A stretch of 64,000 bases of DNA from positions 39,200 through 103,199 of the forward strand of contig JAQVVM010000001.1 in assembly GCA_028698995.1 (NCBI GenBank). The letters run 5' to 3'. Position numbers and translations under genes: made by a program. Positions within the stretch are counted from its first letter, which is position 1; each line of letters starts with the position of its first letter. Below are positions 18,822 to 31,000 of the stretch, piece after piece. This DNA is from Bacteroidales bacterium. Its GTDB lineage: Bacteria > Bacteroidota > Bacteroidia > Bacteroidales > PXBB01. The notes under the pieces were generated by a model that had not been told where the DNA came from, made no database searches, and saw only the letters and a program-made list of their open reading frames with translations.

Positions 18822-21542
18822 TTAACGCCTGCAATGCATATCAAGCATGTATTGTGCTTGTTGGACACCCATTGATACAGCTTTTTCCCAGTCGCTGCAT
18901 GCTTCGGGGTTTCTTAACTGATGCTTGATATTTGCAAGATTTAAATACAAACCACCATCTTCAGGATTCAATGTTATTGCCTTCTCTATATCACTTTTTG
19001 CACTTTCGAAATCATTTATGGATGCATAACAATTAGCCCTATTCGATAAGGCATTAATATTTGTTGAATCATACATCAGTGCGTAATTGAATCTTGTTAT
19101 GGCCGACTCGAAATAACCATTTATAGCTTTCTTCAATCCTTGCTCATTAAAAAATGCTGATTTTTCAGGATTAAATTCTACAATTGTTGAGTCAGAAACC
19201 TCTTCAAATAATGATTGAGCTTTTTGTGCAATCTGAAAATTGTTATAAGCTTCCGGATATTTTGGATTTAATGTTAGGGCATATTTAAAATCTTCAATTG
19301 CTTTATCAAAAAAACCTGTTTCAAAATAGGCACTCCCTCTGTTGTTAAAGGCATATGAATCTTCAGTATTCAAAAATATGGCTTTAGTTAAATCATCAAT
19401 GGCTTTTTCATATTCTTTAAGTTTTACATAAGTAGCTCCTCTATTCGAAAAATATTTTGAATCCTCTTTATAAAGTTCAATTGCTTTAGTATAAACGGAA
19501 ATAGCTTTGTTGTAGTTTTCGTTTTCATAATAAGCAAGCCCTATACTGAAATAGGCATAATGATTATTGGGATTTTTATCTATGGCATCATTCCAGAATG
19601 TCATGTCGTTTTCCCAGACTTTATTTCTAGTATATGTTTGATAGCTGAGTAAAATGAAAATGACAATTGCCAGTACACGAAATATTTTTTTTATTCGGGA
19701 TTTTGAGACTCTTGTATATATATAATGAAAGAAAACGACCCATGTGAAAAATAAACCAAAATAGGCCAAATAGGTGTACCTGTCTGCAACAACAACCCTT
19801 CCTAAAATTGGAACTATATGCAATACCATCCCTATATTTATGAGGAAAAAAAGTAAACCAAAAATCATTTGTCCCCTAATGGTTTTATCTTTTACAAAAT
19901 ATAAAATTGTTAAAATTATGGAGGTAAGTAAAAGTAAAAACAAAGCAGAAATTCTAAAAATAAATGGTAGCGTTTCGTAAATATCTTCAGGAAGAGGATG
20001 CATGGCATTTAAATGTAAGGGGTAAAATAATCTTGACAAATAATAGCTCAAACTGTAAAATGCAAGATAAACTCGATTTGTTGTAAAAGATAATAAATCC
20101 GCATCTTTGTCAGTATAAAAGGATATGCCTCGTTTGAATAAAAAGTAAAATGCAAATGAAACTATAAATATTCCTGTTAGTTGTATGAGCACCTTCTTCT
20201 GATTAGTAAAAAAATTGAAAGAAGTAGATCCTTTAAGTAATAAGAATGGAGTTAAAAACAAAATTATTTGCCATATAAAGATATTAAAGTCATTATTGTT
20301 ATTTAATTGTATCCTTATTATAAATCCAATTGTTAATGTAAGTATTAACACATCAAATTGAATTCTTTTTAAAAGTTTAATAATGCCGATTTCTAAATAT
20401 AAATTGCCTGTCAATTTTAAATACAAAACATAAGTTGATATAATGAAAAATAGACTATTAAAAAGATCTTGAATTGAGGAAAAGGCCGAACCTCCAAGAA
20501 CAGTTAAAAGAAGCAAATTAAAAGATAAAAAAGCAACAACTAATTTGTTCTCAAGTTTACTGCTAACATCTAACTTCTTTTTTCTAAGAAAATTAATGTA
20601 AAATGGAATGATTAAAAATATAAAAAGCTGAAATAAAATAAAATTTATTTCAAACCCCTGAATAAAAAGAGCGTAGAAATAGAAAATAAAAAGCAGATAT
20701 AGGTTTACTGCATTTAACTTGATTTTGTCCTTCCATATTGATGGAACAACGATGCCATCCATACCCTTATGAATTTCATCCTTTTTGAGGATATAAATGG
20801 AGGGTATGATAATAGTGAAAATATAAATAAAAAAATATGAAAAAAACTCGCGGTTTGCAAAAAAATGAAAATAATGCTGAGTGCATAAAACAATAAAAAA
20901 CAATATGAATGATTTATTATCAATTTTCTTTCTTATAAAAAATTCTACCAACAAAACAATAAATGGTAATGTGTAGGATTGAATCTTACATAATTGAGCA
21001 AGATAAGCACTAATTAAAAGGAGCAATAAATAAAAGATATTTTTACTTTTTAAAAAATTTATGTGACTGATCATGCTTAACAAAAAGAAAAATGAATACA
21101 TAAGATCTTTGCGTTGGATGATCCAGCCCACAGTCTCGCTACGCATGGGATGTATGGCAAATAATAGCGCAATGATAAAGGCCAGATTGTTTTGCTTTAA
21201 AAAAAATCGGCTTAAATAAAAAATTAGAATAACATTTATTGTATGAATTATAACATTAACCAAATGGTAAGAAAAAGGGTCTGCCCCCAAAATATGATAC
21301 TGAATTAAAAAAGTAAATAGTGGCAACGATATAGAGTATTCAAATGCTTTTAATGCCTGAAAACTACTGAGGCTTATTGGTGCTTTGATAAGTTCATTAT
21401 TCAAAATATAAACAGTGTCATCCCAATTTAAAAAACTACCGTTTAAAGCATTTGTAAATAGTAGAAAAGTAGCTGTGCTTAAAATACAGAGATAAAATAT
21501 TGAATTATTTGAAATTTTATTTTCAAGGAATTTTGTTGCCAA
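18822..21542 (-). CDS. 906-aa polytopic membrane protein with C-terminal TPRs, a paralogue of 9132..11036 (GT-C/TMTC-like glycosyltransferase candidate)
   Basis: It shares LNGSFLNWDDTVYILNN, IHPMRSETVGWI, LLFFLINIGMVLHIVP and ADRYTYLAYFGLFF with the 634-aa paralogue. It carries an additional very hydrophobic F/I/L-rich central region. About 8 C-terminal TPR units are visible (NNRG.., A..D...A..L.P). Confidence 0.7.
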   Translation of the reverse strand: MATKFLENKISNNSIFYLCILSTATFLLFTNALNGSFLNWDDTVYILNNELIKAPISLSSFQALKAFEYSISLPLFTFLIQYHILGADPFSYHLVNVIIHTINVILIFYLSRFFLKQNNLAFIIALLFAIHPMRSETVGWIIQRKDLMYSFFFLLSMISHINFLKSKNIFYLLLLLISAYLAQLCKIQSYTLPFIVLLVEFFIRKKIDNKSFILFFIVLCTQHYFHFFANREFFSYFFIYIFTIIIPSIYILKKDEIHKGMDGIVVPSIWKDKIKLNAVNLYLLFIFYFYALFIQGFEINFILFQLFIFLIIPFYINFLRKKKLDVSSKLENKLVVAFLSFNLLLLTVLGGSAFSSIQDLFNSLFFIISTYVLYLKLTGNLYLEIGIIKLLKRIQFDVLILTLTIGFIIRIQLNNNNDFNIFIWQIILFLTPFLLLKGSTSFNFFTNQKKVLIQLTGIFIVSFAFYFLFKRGISFYTDKDADLLSFTTNRVYLAFYSLSYYLSRLFYPLHLNAMHPLPEDIYETLPFIFRISALFLLLLTSIILTILYFVKDKTIRGQMIFGLLFFLINIGMVLHIVPILGRVVVADRYTYLAYFGLFFTWVVFFHYIYTRVSKSRIKKIFRVLAIVIFILLSYQTYTRNKVWENDMTFWNDAIDKNPNNHYAYFSIGLAYYENENYNKAISVYTKAIELYKEDSKYFSNRGATYVKLKEYEKAIDDLTKAIFLNTEDSYAFNNRGSAYFETGFFDKAIEDFKYALTLNPKYPEAYNNFQIAQKAQSLFEEVSDSTIVEFNPEKSAFFNEQGLKKAINGYFESAITRFNYALMYDSTNINALSNRANCYASINDFESAKSDIEKAITLNPEDGGLYLNLANIKHQLRNPEACSDWEKAVSMGVQQAQYMLDMHCRR

Positions 21543-21574
21543 TTCTTATTTTTTTGAACCTGTAATGTTTTGAA

Positions 21575-21582
21575 CAAAATTA
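21575..21582 (-). promoter_or_regulatory. Candidate -7 box (TAATTTTG on the minus strand) for the 906-aa GT-C/TPR gene
   Basis: The plus strand reads caaaatta, which is TAatTTTG on the minus strand. It lies 33 nt upstream of the ATG at 21542, the same spacing as the dut candidate. Motif match only. Confidence 0.35.
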
Positions 21583-21599
21583 CATTAAATTTTTAGTAA

Positions 21600-21607
21600 T
21601 AAGTTTG
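21600..21607 (+). promoter_or_regulatory. Only exact TAnnTTTG match on the + strand upstream of the giant gene (TAAGTTTG). It would imply a ~350-nt leader.
   Basis: Manual scan of 21543..21962. The other TTTG sites there lack the TA. This box sits back-to-back with the minus-strand box at 21575..21582. Confidence 0.25.
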
Positions 21608-21811
21608 ATAAACACTTTTTTTTATTCAAAAATTTTGTTGCCATTTATCCTGAAAATCAGACCGAATACTGATTTCTTTTATTTATACCAACACTTTTTC
21701 TTTTGTGTTTTAAATTTCTTTTATAACGTTAAACAAATGTAAATCACACACCAATATTAAAATTATTTATTTATATAATTAAATGTGTTGTTCCAGAGCC
21801 CTTAATACAAG

Positions 21812-21840
21812 AAATAATTAACAAAATAATTAACAAAATA
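21812..21840. repeat. 12-bp tandem direct repeat (aaataattaaca x2, plus aaata) in the giant-gene leader
   Basis: Read directly from the sequence: gAAATAATTAACAAAATAATTAACAAAATA. The function is unknown and the background is AT-rich, so significance is limited. Confidence 0.5.
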
Positions 21841-21962
21841 CTTGCGTAATGAGATATTTTTTTGTATTTTTATAGATTAATATTTAATTGTTTTTCAGCA
21901 TTTTAGAAGAAATTAAAATTAAATATTTAAAATTAATTATTATTTGACTAAATAATGTCTTT

Positions 21963-22052
21963 ATGAAACATAATTACATCGCCAGAATATTGGTAACAGC
22001 TTTTTTGTGCTCAGTTTTTTTTATGAGTACAAATAAATATGCATTTTCCCAA
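21963..22052 (+). other. Sec signal peptide of the giant protein
   Basis: A positive N-region (K2, R8), a hydrophobic core ILVTAFLCSVFFM and an A-F-S|Q-like cleavage context. Confidence 0.7.
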
Positions 22053-25000
22053 TGTACTAACTGTGGCTCTCAATATCCGAGTGGTACTTATTCAACTACT
22101 TCGAGCACATGGACAACAATATCTTCCGCTATCTATGGTTCAGAGTGGCATTATGCAACACTTGATGCCAACTATATTTATCAATGGAAGTCCAGCTCAA
22201 GTTACTATAATACCCAACTCACCCTTTATCCATCAGGTACCTGTGGTGGCACTTATTTATCATACAATTATTATTATCAACTGGAGGGTTCATATTATAA
22301 CTCATTAATGGTTTATAATCCGGGAACCACAAGTGTACGTATTCTTAATACTTTGTATTATTGTTCAAGCAATTCCTCTAGCGCAACTGTTCAAATGCGT
22401 GCTATCAATAAAAATCCTGTAATTACATCCAATTGGTCAACTGTCTGTTCCGGTGCTCCAGTTACTTTAACCAGAGATGTCCCTAATGATAGTTATGTTA
22501 CGACCTCATGGTGGGGTGGTTCACCAGCAATTAGTGCTTCTGGTTACTCTGTCGTTGTTTATCCAACATCATCGTCAACCTATTATATGCAACATAGTGT
22601 ATTAGGTGGATCCTCGACACAATATACCAACAGTGCCAGCTACACTATTACAGTGCAAGCTCAACCCAGTGCCCCTACTACTTCTTCACCTAATCCAAAT
22701 GCCTCTGAGGTTTGTAATGGTACTAATCTTACATTGGGTGGAGCTGCTTCTGGAGGTAACCCCGGAATCAATTGTTCAATTGGATACCAATATTCAACAA
22801 ATGGTGGTGCAAGCTGGATTTCAACAGGTACCTCTATTCCTTCATTTTCAGCTGTTCAAAATAATTACAATTACATTCAAGCACAGCGTTACAACTGTCA
22901 GTCAGGGTGCAATACAACCGGATGGGCTACTGTTGCCACCTGGTATGCTAGGCCTCAGGCTTCTGCTACTGCTGCAAGCGATCAAACTATCTGTACCGGC
23001 GGTACTGCTAACCTTTCTGTGTCTTACTCCGGTGGTGCAGGTACACCCGGTTATACATGGCAGTATCTGAATGGAGGAACTTGGACAAACACCGGTGCAC
23101 CCAGTTCTCCAAATTTTACAACACCCGCCCTTACTGCTACCACCTATTACAGATGTCTTGTCAATTTTAGCGTTACCGGTTGTTCTCAGGCTGTTTCTAA
23201 TACAGTTACAATTACTGTTGTTCCTGATCCCACAATATCAATTGCCATTTCTGCAGGCTACCCAAGCACAATTTGTAATGGAGCCGGAACTCAGCTTTAC
23301 GTAACAGGTGGCAATGCCGGAACCGGCACTGTTACTTATAACTGGCAAAGAAGAGGGCCAACAGGTTCTTGGGGAAATACAGGTGCAGGTGGAACTACAC
23401 TTAATACAGGCGGTCTAAGTGCTGATGGTACTTGGACTTTCAGATGTGAGAAAGTTGTTGCAGGATCAGGTTGTAATACCTCCTACTCCAATGAAGTCTA
23501 TGTTACTGTTGTGCCTCAACCCGGAGCTCCATCCACCGCCACTAAATCACCTAATGTTGCATCTGTATGCTCAGGAACTACTCTTTCTCTTAGTGGTGTT
23601 GCAAGTGGTGGAAATGCAGGTATAGGATGCTCCATTCAATACCAGTATTCTACAGATAATGGCTCTAATTGGACTTCTACGGGAACATCTGTTCCTTCGT
23701 TTGCTGCTGTCACCAGTACCAGCAATATAATTCAAGCTCAGCGTTCCGGCTGTCAGTCTGGATGCAATGCTTCTGCTTGGGCTACTGTGGCTACATGGCA
23801 GGTTGTTGCCCAACCTGATGCTCCAACTACAGCCACTAAAAATCCTAATGTTGCTTCAGTTTGTGCCGGTACAACATTAACTCTTTCTTCTGCTGCCTCA
23901 GGGGGAAATACCGGTGTCGGATGCTCTATTGAATACCAATACTCTACAGATGGAACTAATTGGACAAATACAGGGACTTCTATTCCTTCTTTTGCATCAG
24001 GTGCTGCCGGTTACACAAATACAATTCAAGCCCGACGTAGCGGTTGCCAGGCAGGTTGTACAGCTACCGGTTGGAATACTGTTGCAACATGGTCGAGTGT
24101 CGCTCAACCTTCTGCACCCACTACAGCAACCAAAAATCCAAATGTAACCAATGTCTGTTCTGGAACAACCCTGACTCTTAGTGGTGCTGCTTCCGGTGGT
24201 AATGCAGGTATTGGTTGTTCCATTGAATACCAATACTCTACTGATGGTGGCACTAACTGGACTGCCACCGGAACTTCTATCCCTTCTTTTGTTGCTGCTC
24301 AGGCAAATAACATCATTCAAGCCAGAAGAAGCGGTTGCCAGGCAGGGTGCACAACTACCGGATATGGTACTGTTGCCTCATGGACAGGCGTTGCTCAACC
24401 TGGTTATCCAACATCTGCAACAAAATCACCCAATGTTGCCTCTGTTTGTGTTGGCACAACTTTAACTCTGAGCGGTGCAGCTTCCGGAGGTAATGCCGGT
24501 GTGGGTTGTTCTATCGAATATGCCTATTCTACCGACAATGGTTCCAATTGGACATCAACAGGAACTTCTATCCCTTCTTTCGCCGCTGTTTTAAGTACAA
24601 CAAACCAAATCAGGGCTCAGCGATACAATTGCCAGGCCGGATGTAATCCATCCGGATGGAATGTCCTTGCCTCATGGACCATTGTTGCAGCTCCTGATCC
24701 TCCAACAACTGCAACTAAAAACCCAAATGTTACAAGTGTATGCTCCGGCACAACTTTAACTCTTTCTGGTGCAGCAACCGGTGGTAATGCCGGTGTAGGA
24801 TGCTCTATTGAGTATGCATATTCTGTCGATAATGGCGTTAACTGGACCAGTACCGGTACTGTAATTCCTTCTTTTGCTGCTGCAACAAGTGCTACCAATA
24901 GGATTCGTGCCCGAAGATATAACTGCCAGTCAGGATGTACGGCCTCTGCATGGAACGAATTGGTTTCTTGGGTTGTTGTTGCTCAACCAACTGCTCCAAA

Positions 25001-28000
25001 TACTTCAACTAGAAATCCAGATGTGGCCTCGGTTTGTGTAGGGACTACTCTTTCTCTTACATACAATGGTGGATTACTCGACTTTTCAACATGGCAGGCT
25101 GGCCAGACCGGAAGTGTAGGACAATTTTCAATGAACGGCGATGTTGCCGAAAATGCCAGAGTTATTGCCGCTGACCCCTGGGGTAACAATGCTGTTGTTT
25201 GGGAAACCAGAGCATCAGGAAATGGAAATGCTGATGGGGGTTGGAATAGCAGTATGTTTAACATTGATAATACAAAATTATACAGAGTATCTGTCTGGGT
25301 ACGCAGAACAAGTGCGACTTCAAGCGGAACTTTTTATTTAGGAACAAATGGTAATGTTGAAGTCTTAAGGGTTGATAATGGCGCTACAGCGAGTAATCCT
25401 TACTGGGATTGCCAGGGGACTGGTACATTAGCACAAAACCAATGGTATCTTGTTGTTGGACACGTTTTCCCTTATACCTATACAGGCACTACTGCGCATC
25501 CGGAAACCGGCTATTATACTGTAGCTTCAGGTACTACTAAAGTGAAAAATGTTAATTTTTGCAATATTGGCCCGGATGTTAAGTTTGCCCCTACTACCAC
25601 TCAGTTAAGACACAGAGCTTATCACTATTACTGTGGTGATGCTACGACCAGATTGCAGTTTGCGTACCCGAAAATTGAAGTTGTTGACGGCACCGAGCCT
25701 TCAATAAGTGATTTGGTGAAAGGTATTGCCGGTTTTGGTGGCTCATCAGGTGTTGCTTGTGGTATGGAATACCAATATTCAACTAATAATGGCAGTTCAT
25801 GGTCAACTGCAAGTACATCCATTCCTTCTTTTGCTGCTGTTTCAGGCACCAATCTTGTTCAGGCTAGACGTGTTACTTGCCAGACCGGTTGTAATCCCGG
25901 TGCATGGGGACAAATTGCCAGTTGGTCTGTTATTGCTGATCCAACCGCTCCGACCACTGCTACAAAATCGCCAAATTATGCTTCTGTATGTGCCGGAACA
26001 ACCCTTTCATTAAGTGGTGCTGCATCCGGTGGTAATGCAGGTGTTGGATGTGCTATTGAATATGCCTACTCAACCGATAATGGTTCAAACTGGGTTAGTA
26101 CCGGAACTTCTATTCCCTCTTTTGTATCTGTAACTTCTACCAGCAATAAAATTAGAGCCCGTAGATATGCTTGTCAGACCGGTTGCGATGATAGTCCCTG
26201 GGGTGAAGTTGCATCATGGGGTGTGGTGGCTCAACCTGCTGCACCTACAACTGCAACAAAAACACCAAATGTGGCATCTGTGTGTGCCGGAACAACATTA
26301 TCATTAAGCGGAGCAGCTTCAGGTGGTAATGCTGGTATTGGTTGCTCTATTGAATACCAATACTCTACTGATGGTACTAACTGGACAAACACAGGAACCT
26401 CTGTACCTTCCTTTGCAGCAGGTGCCGGAGGAAATACAAATACCATTCAAGCCAGACGTAGTGGATGTCAGTCAGGATGTACAACAACGGGTTGGAATAC
26501 TGTGGCAACATGGACCAGTGTCCTTCAGCCTGGGGCTCCAACAACTGCTACAAAAAACCCAAATGTAGCTTCTGTTTGTGCAGGACAAACTCTTACTTTA
26601 AGTAGTGCAGCTTCAGGTGGCGATGCCGGTGTTGGTTGCTCTATCGGTTATCAGTATTCTACAGATAATGGTGGTACTTGGACTTCAACAGGAACTTCAA
26701 TACCATCTTTTGCTGCTGTAACAAGTACAAGCAATATTATTCAAGCGCAACGTTATAATTGTCAGTCAGGATGTAGCAACTCAGCATGGGCTACTGTTGC
26801 TTCGTGGCAGGTTGTTGCCCAACCTGGTGCACCTACTGCTACAAAATCACCCAACTATACTTCTGTCTGCTCAGGAACAACTTTAACTCTTACAGGTCCA
26901 ACAAGCGGTGGTGGAGGTACTGGTACTTGTAGCTTTGAGTATCAGTATAGTACTGGTGGTGCCTATTCCGCATGGAGTACAACGTTGCCTAGTTTTGCTT
27001 CTGTTACCGGAACAAACGCTATCCGAATCAGACGCTATTGTAATGGAACCGGATGTAATGCTTCTGCTTATACAGAGTATTCTTGGACTGTTGTTGACCA
27101 ACCATCTGCACCAACTGCTGTTACAAAGTCACCTAATACTGCTTCTGTGTGTGCTGGTACTCTTGTAAGTGTAAGTGCCCCAACAGGTGGAAATCCCGGT
27201 ATTGGTTGTTCATTCCAGTACCGTTTTCTACGTGGTGCAGTTGTTATTCAGGACTGGAGTGCAACGGCAAGTTATACCACTCAGGCTGCTGATGTTGGAA
27301 ATACTATTAATGTTGTTGTCAAGAGAACAGCTTGTCAGACCGGATGTAATGAAGCAATAAGTGGTACTTTGGCATCATGGACAGTGTCGGCCCAACCCGC
27401 TGCTCCCACCGGGACAAAATCTCCGAATTTAGCTTCTGTCTGCTCAGGTGTAACGTTATCACTAACCGGTGTTACAGATAATGGTGGTGGTACAGGAACT
27501 TGTAGCATTGAATACAGACATACTACCGATGGTACAAATTGGACATCGTGGTCAACCACTCCTTCTAGTTTTACTTCTGTTGTTGGTACAAATACAATTC
27601 AAATCAGAAAGAATTGCAGTGGAAGCGGTTGTAATTATTCTTCAACTTCAGCCTATTCATGGACTGTTGTTGCTCAACCTTCAGCACCAACTACTGCAAC
27701 AAAATCTCCGGATATAGCAACTGTTTGTACAGGTGCTTCTTTGACTCTTAATGGAGTTGCCAGTGGTGGTAATGCAGGTGTAGGTTGTACAATTGAATAT
27801 CAATATTCAACAGATGGCACAAACTATACTGGAACTGGTGCTTCTGTACCTTCATTTACTGCTGTTACAGGAACCAATACCATTCAGGCTCGTAGATCAG
27901 GTTGTACAGCCGGAGCCGGATGCTCAACATCTGCATGGAACACCGTGGCAACATGGACAGCTGTTGTTCAACCTATTGCCCCAACAGCTACTAAATCTCC

Positions 28001-31000
28001 TAATGTTGCATCTGTATGTTCTGGAACTACCTTAACACTTACAGGCGTTACAGATAATGGTGGTGGTACCGGCACATGTAATATTGAATATAGGCACAGC
28101 ACTAATGGTGGTGGCACCTGGACATCATGGTCAACATCTCCTTCAAGTTTTACTGCTGTTACCGGAACAAATACTATTGAAATACGTAAAATTTGCAACG
28201 GCTCAGGTTGCAGTGTCTCTCCTTCTTCTGTCTATTCATGGACAGTTGCTGATCAGCCTACTGTACCTACGGCTACTAAGTCTCCAAATGTTGCTGCTGT
28301 CTGTGCCGGTCAAACTTTAACTTTAACTGGACCAACCAGCTCCGGTGGAACCGGTACTTGTAATTACGAATATCAGCACAATACAGGTAGTGGATATACC
28401 TCATGGAGTACAACAGTTTCAAGTTTTGCTGCTGTTGCAGGTACTAATTATATTCGTATTCGTAGGGTATGTTCTGGTACTGGTTGTACAACAACAAATT
28501 ATACAGAATACTCTTGGACTGTTTATGCACAGCCGGCAGCTCCAACTGCTACAAAGTCTCCTAATGTTGCATCTGTTTGTTCGGGTCAAACTCTTACACT
28601 TTCTGGAGTAACTGATAATGGTGGTGGTACAGGTACTTGCAATATTGAATATAGGCATAGTACTAACGGAGGTGGTGCTTGGACAGCATGGTCAACAACT
28701 CCTTCAAGTTTTACCGCTGTTACAGGTACAAATTTGATAGAAATACGTAAAAACTGTAATGGTACAGGATGTTCAGTGTCTTCTAGCTCACAATATTCAT
28801 GGACTGTTACAGATCAACCATCAGTTCCAACTGCAACTAAATCACCTGATGTTGCCAATGTTTGCGCCGGACAAATTTTAACACTGACCAATCCAACCAG
28901 CGCCGGTGGAACCGGTACTTGTAATTACGAATATCAGCATAATACAGGTAGCGGTTATACCTCATGGAGTACAACAGTTTCTAGTTTTGCCGCTGTAGCT
29001 GGTACTAATTATATCCGTATTCGAAGGGTGTGTTCTGGTACCGGTTGTTCAACTACAAATTACACTGAATATTCTTGGACTGTCTCAGCTCAACCCGCTG
29101 CTCCAACAGGAACAAAATCACCAAATTTGGCATCAGTTTGCTCAGGGGTAACTTTGTCACTCACCGGAGTTACAGATAACGGTGGAGGAACAGGTACATG
29201 TAATATTGAATACAGACACAGTACCGATGGTTCTACCTGGACATCTTGGTCAACGACTCCATCAAGTTTTGCTGCTGTTGTTGGAACAAATACAATTCAA
29301 ATCAGGAAAAATTGCAGTGGAAGCGGCTGTAGTTTTTCTTCTACTTCTGCTTACTCATGGACTGTTGTTGCACAACCTTCATCACCTACAACGGCAACAA
29401 AATCTCCTAATGTTGCTATAGTTTGTTCAGGCGCTTCTCTTACGCTTAACGGAGTTGCCAGTGGCGGCAATACAGGTGTTGGATGTACAATCGAATACCA
29501 ATATTCAACAGATGGCACAAACTATACAGGAACAGGGTCATCTGTACCTTCCTTTGCCGCTGTTACAGGAACTAACACTATTCAGGCTCGCCGATCAGGT
29601 TGCACAGCCGGAGCAGGGTGTACTAATCCCTCTGCATGGAACACAGTGGCTACATGGACAGCAGTTATTCAACCAAATGCACCTACAGCCACCAAAAATC
29701 CTGTAGATGCTTCAGTCTGCGAAGGAGTAACATTAACGCTTTCCGGTGTTACTGATAATGGAGGTGGTACCGGTACATGTAATATTGAATACAGACATAG
29801 CACAAATGGTTCTACTTGGACCACATGGTCAACAACTCCATCAAGTTTTACAGCTGTTGCAGGAACCAATACTATTGAAATTCGAAAGAACTGCAATGGC
29901 TCGGGTTGTAATGTATCAGCATCCTCATCTTATTCATGGACAGTTGCAGCACAACCATCCGTGCCAACAGCCACGAAATCTCCCAACGTGGCAGCAGTGT
30001 GTGCCGGTCAGTTTTTAACATTAACAGGACCAACAAGCACAGGTGGAACCGGTACATGTAATTTTGAGTATCAGTATAATACAGGAAGTGGATATTCAGC
30101 GTGGAGCACTACAGTTCCAAATTTTGCAGCAGTGGTCGGTACTAATTATATCCGAATCCGAAGGGTATGTACAGGAACAGGTTGTACAACACCGTCCTAT
30201 TCTGAATATTCTTGGACTGTATATGCCCAACCTGCGCTCCCAACTGCCACTAAGTCTCCAAATTTTGCTTCCGTTTGCTCAGGGGTAACTTTATCACTCA
30301 CCGGAGTTACAGATAACGGTGGAGGAACAGGAACATGTAATATTGAATACAGACACAGCACCGATGGCTCTACGTGGACACCATGGTCAACAACCCCATC
30401 AAGTTTTACGGCAGTTATCGGCACCAATTTGATAGAAATTCGTAAAACATGTAATGGAACCGGCTGTTCTGTATCTTCCAGCTCACAATACTCATGGACT
30501 GTTGTTGCACAACCTTCTGCACCAACTGCTGTAACAAAAACACCGAATACTGCTTCCGTTTGTGTTGGCACTTTAGTAAGTGTAAGTGCTCCATCAGGTG
30601 GAAATGCCGGCGTTGGCTGTTCATTCCAGTACCGTTTTCTACGTGGTGCAGCAGTCATTCAAGACTGGAGTGCAACGGCAAGTTATACTACTCAAGCAGC
30701 AGATGTTGGAAATACTATTAATGTACTTGTAAAAAGAACATCCTGCCAGACCGGATGTACAGAAGCTATAAGCGCTACTTTGGCATCATGGACTGTTACA
30801 GCACTACCTGCTGCACCAACAGGGACTAAGTCTCCAAATTTGGCATCTGTATGTGCTGGAACTAATTTATCACTCACCGGTGTTACAAATAACGGTGGAG
30901 GAACAGGAACATGTAATATAGAATACAGACACAGTACCGATGGTTCTACCTGGACATCATGGTCAACGACTCCATCAAGTTTTGCTGCAGTTGTTGGAAC

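Noticed and set aside
19774-20923. ORFs 19774..19980(+) and 20714..20923(-) within the 906-aa membrane protein gene
   Set aside because: One is an antisense shadow and the other an alternative-frame shadow of a strongly hydrophobic coding frame.
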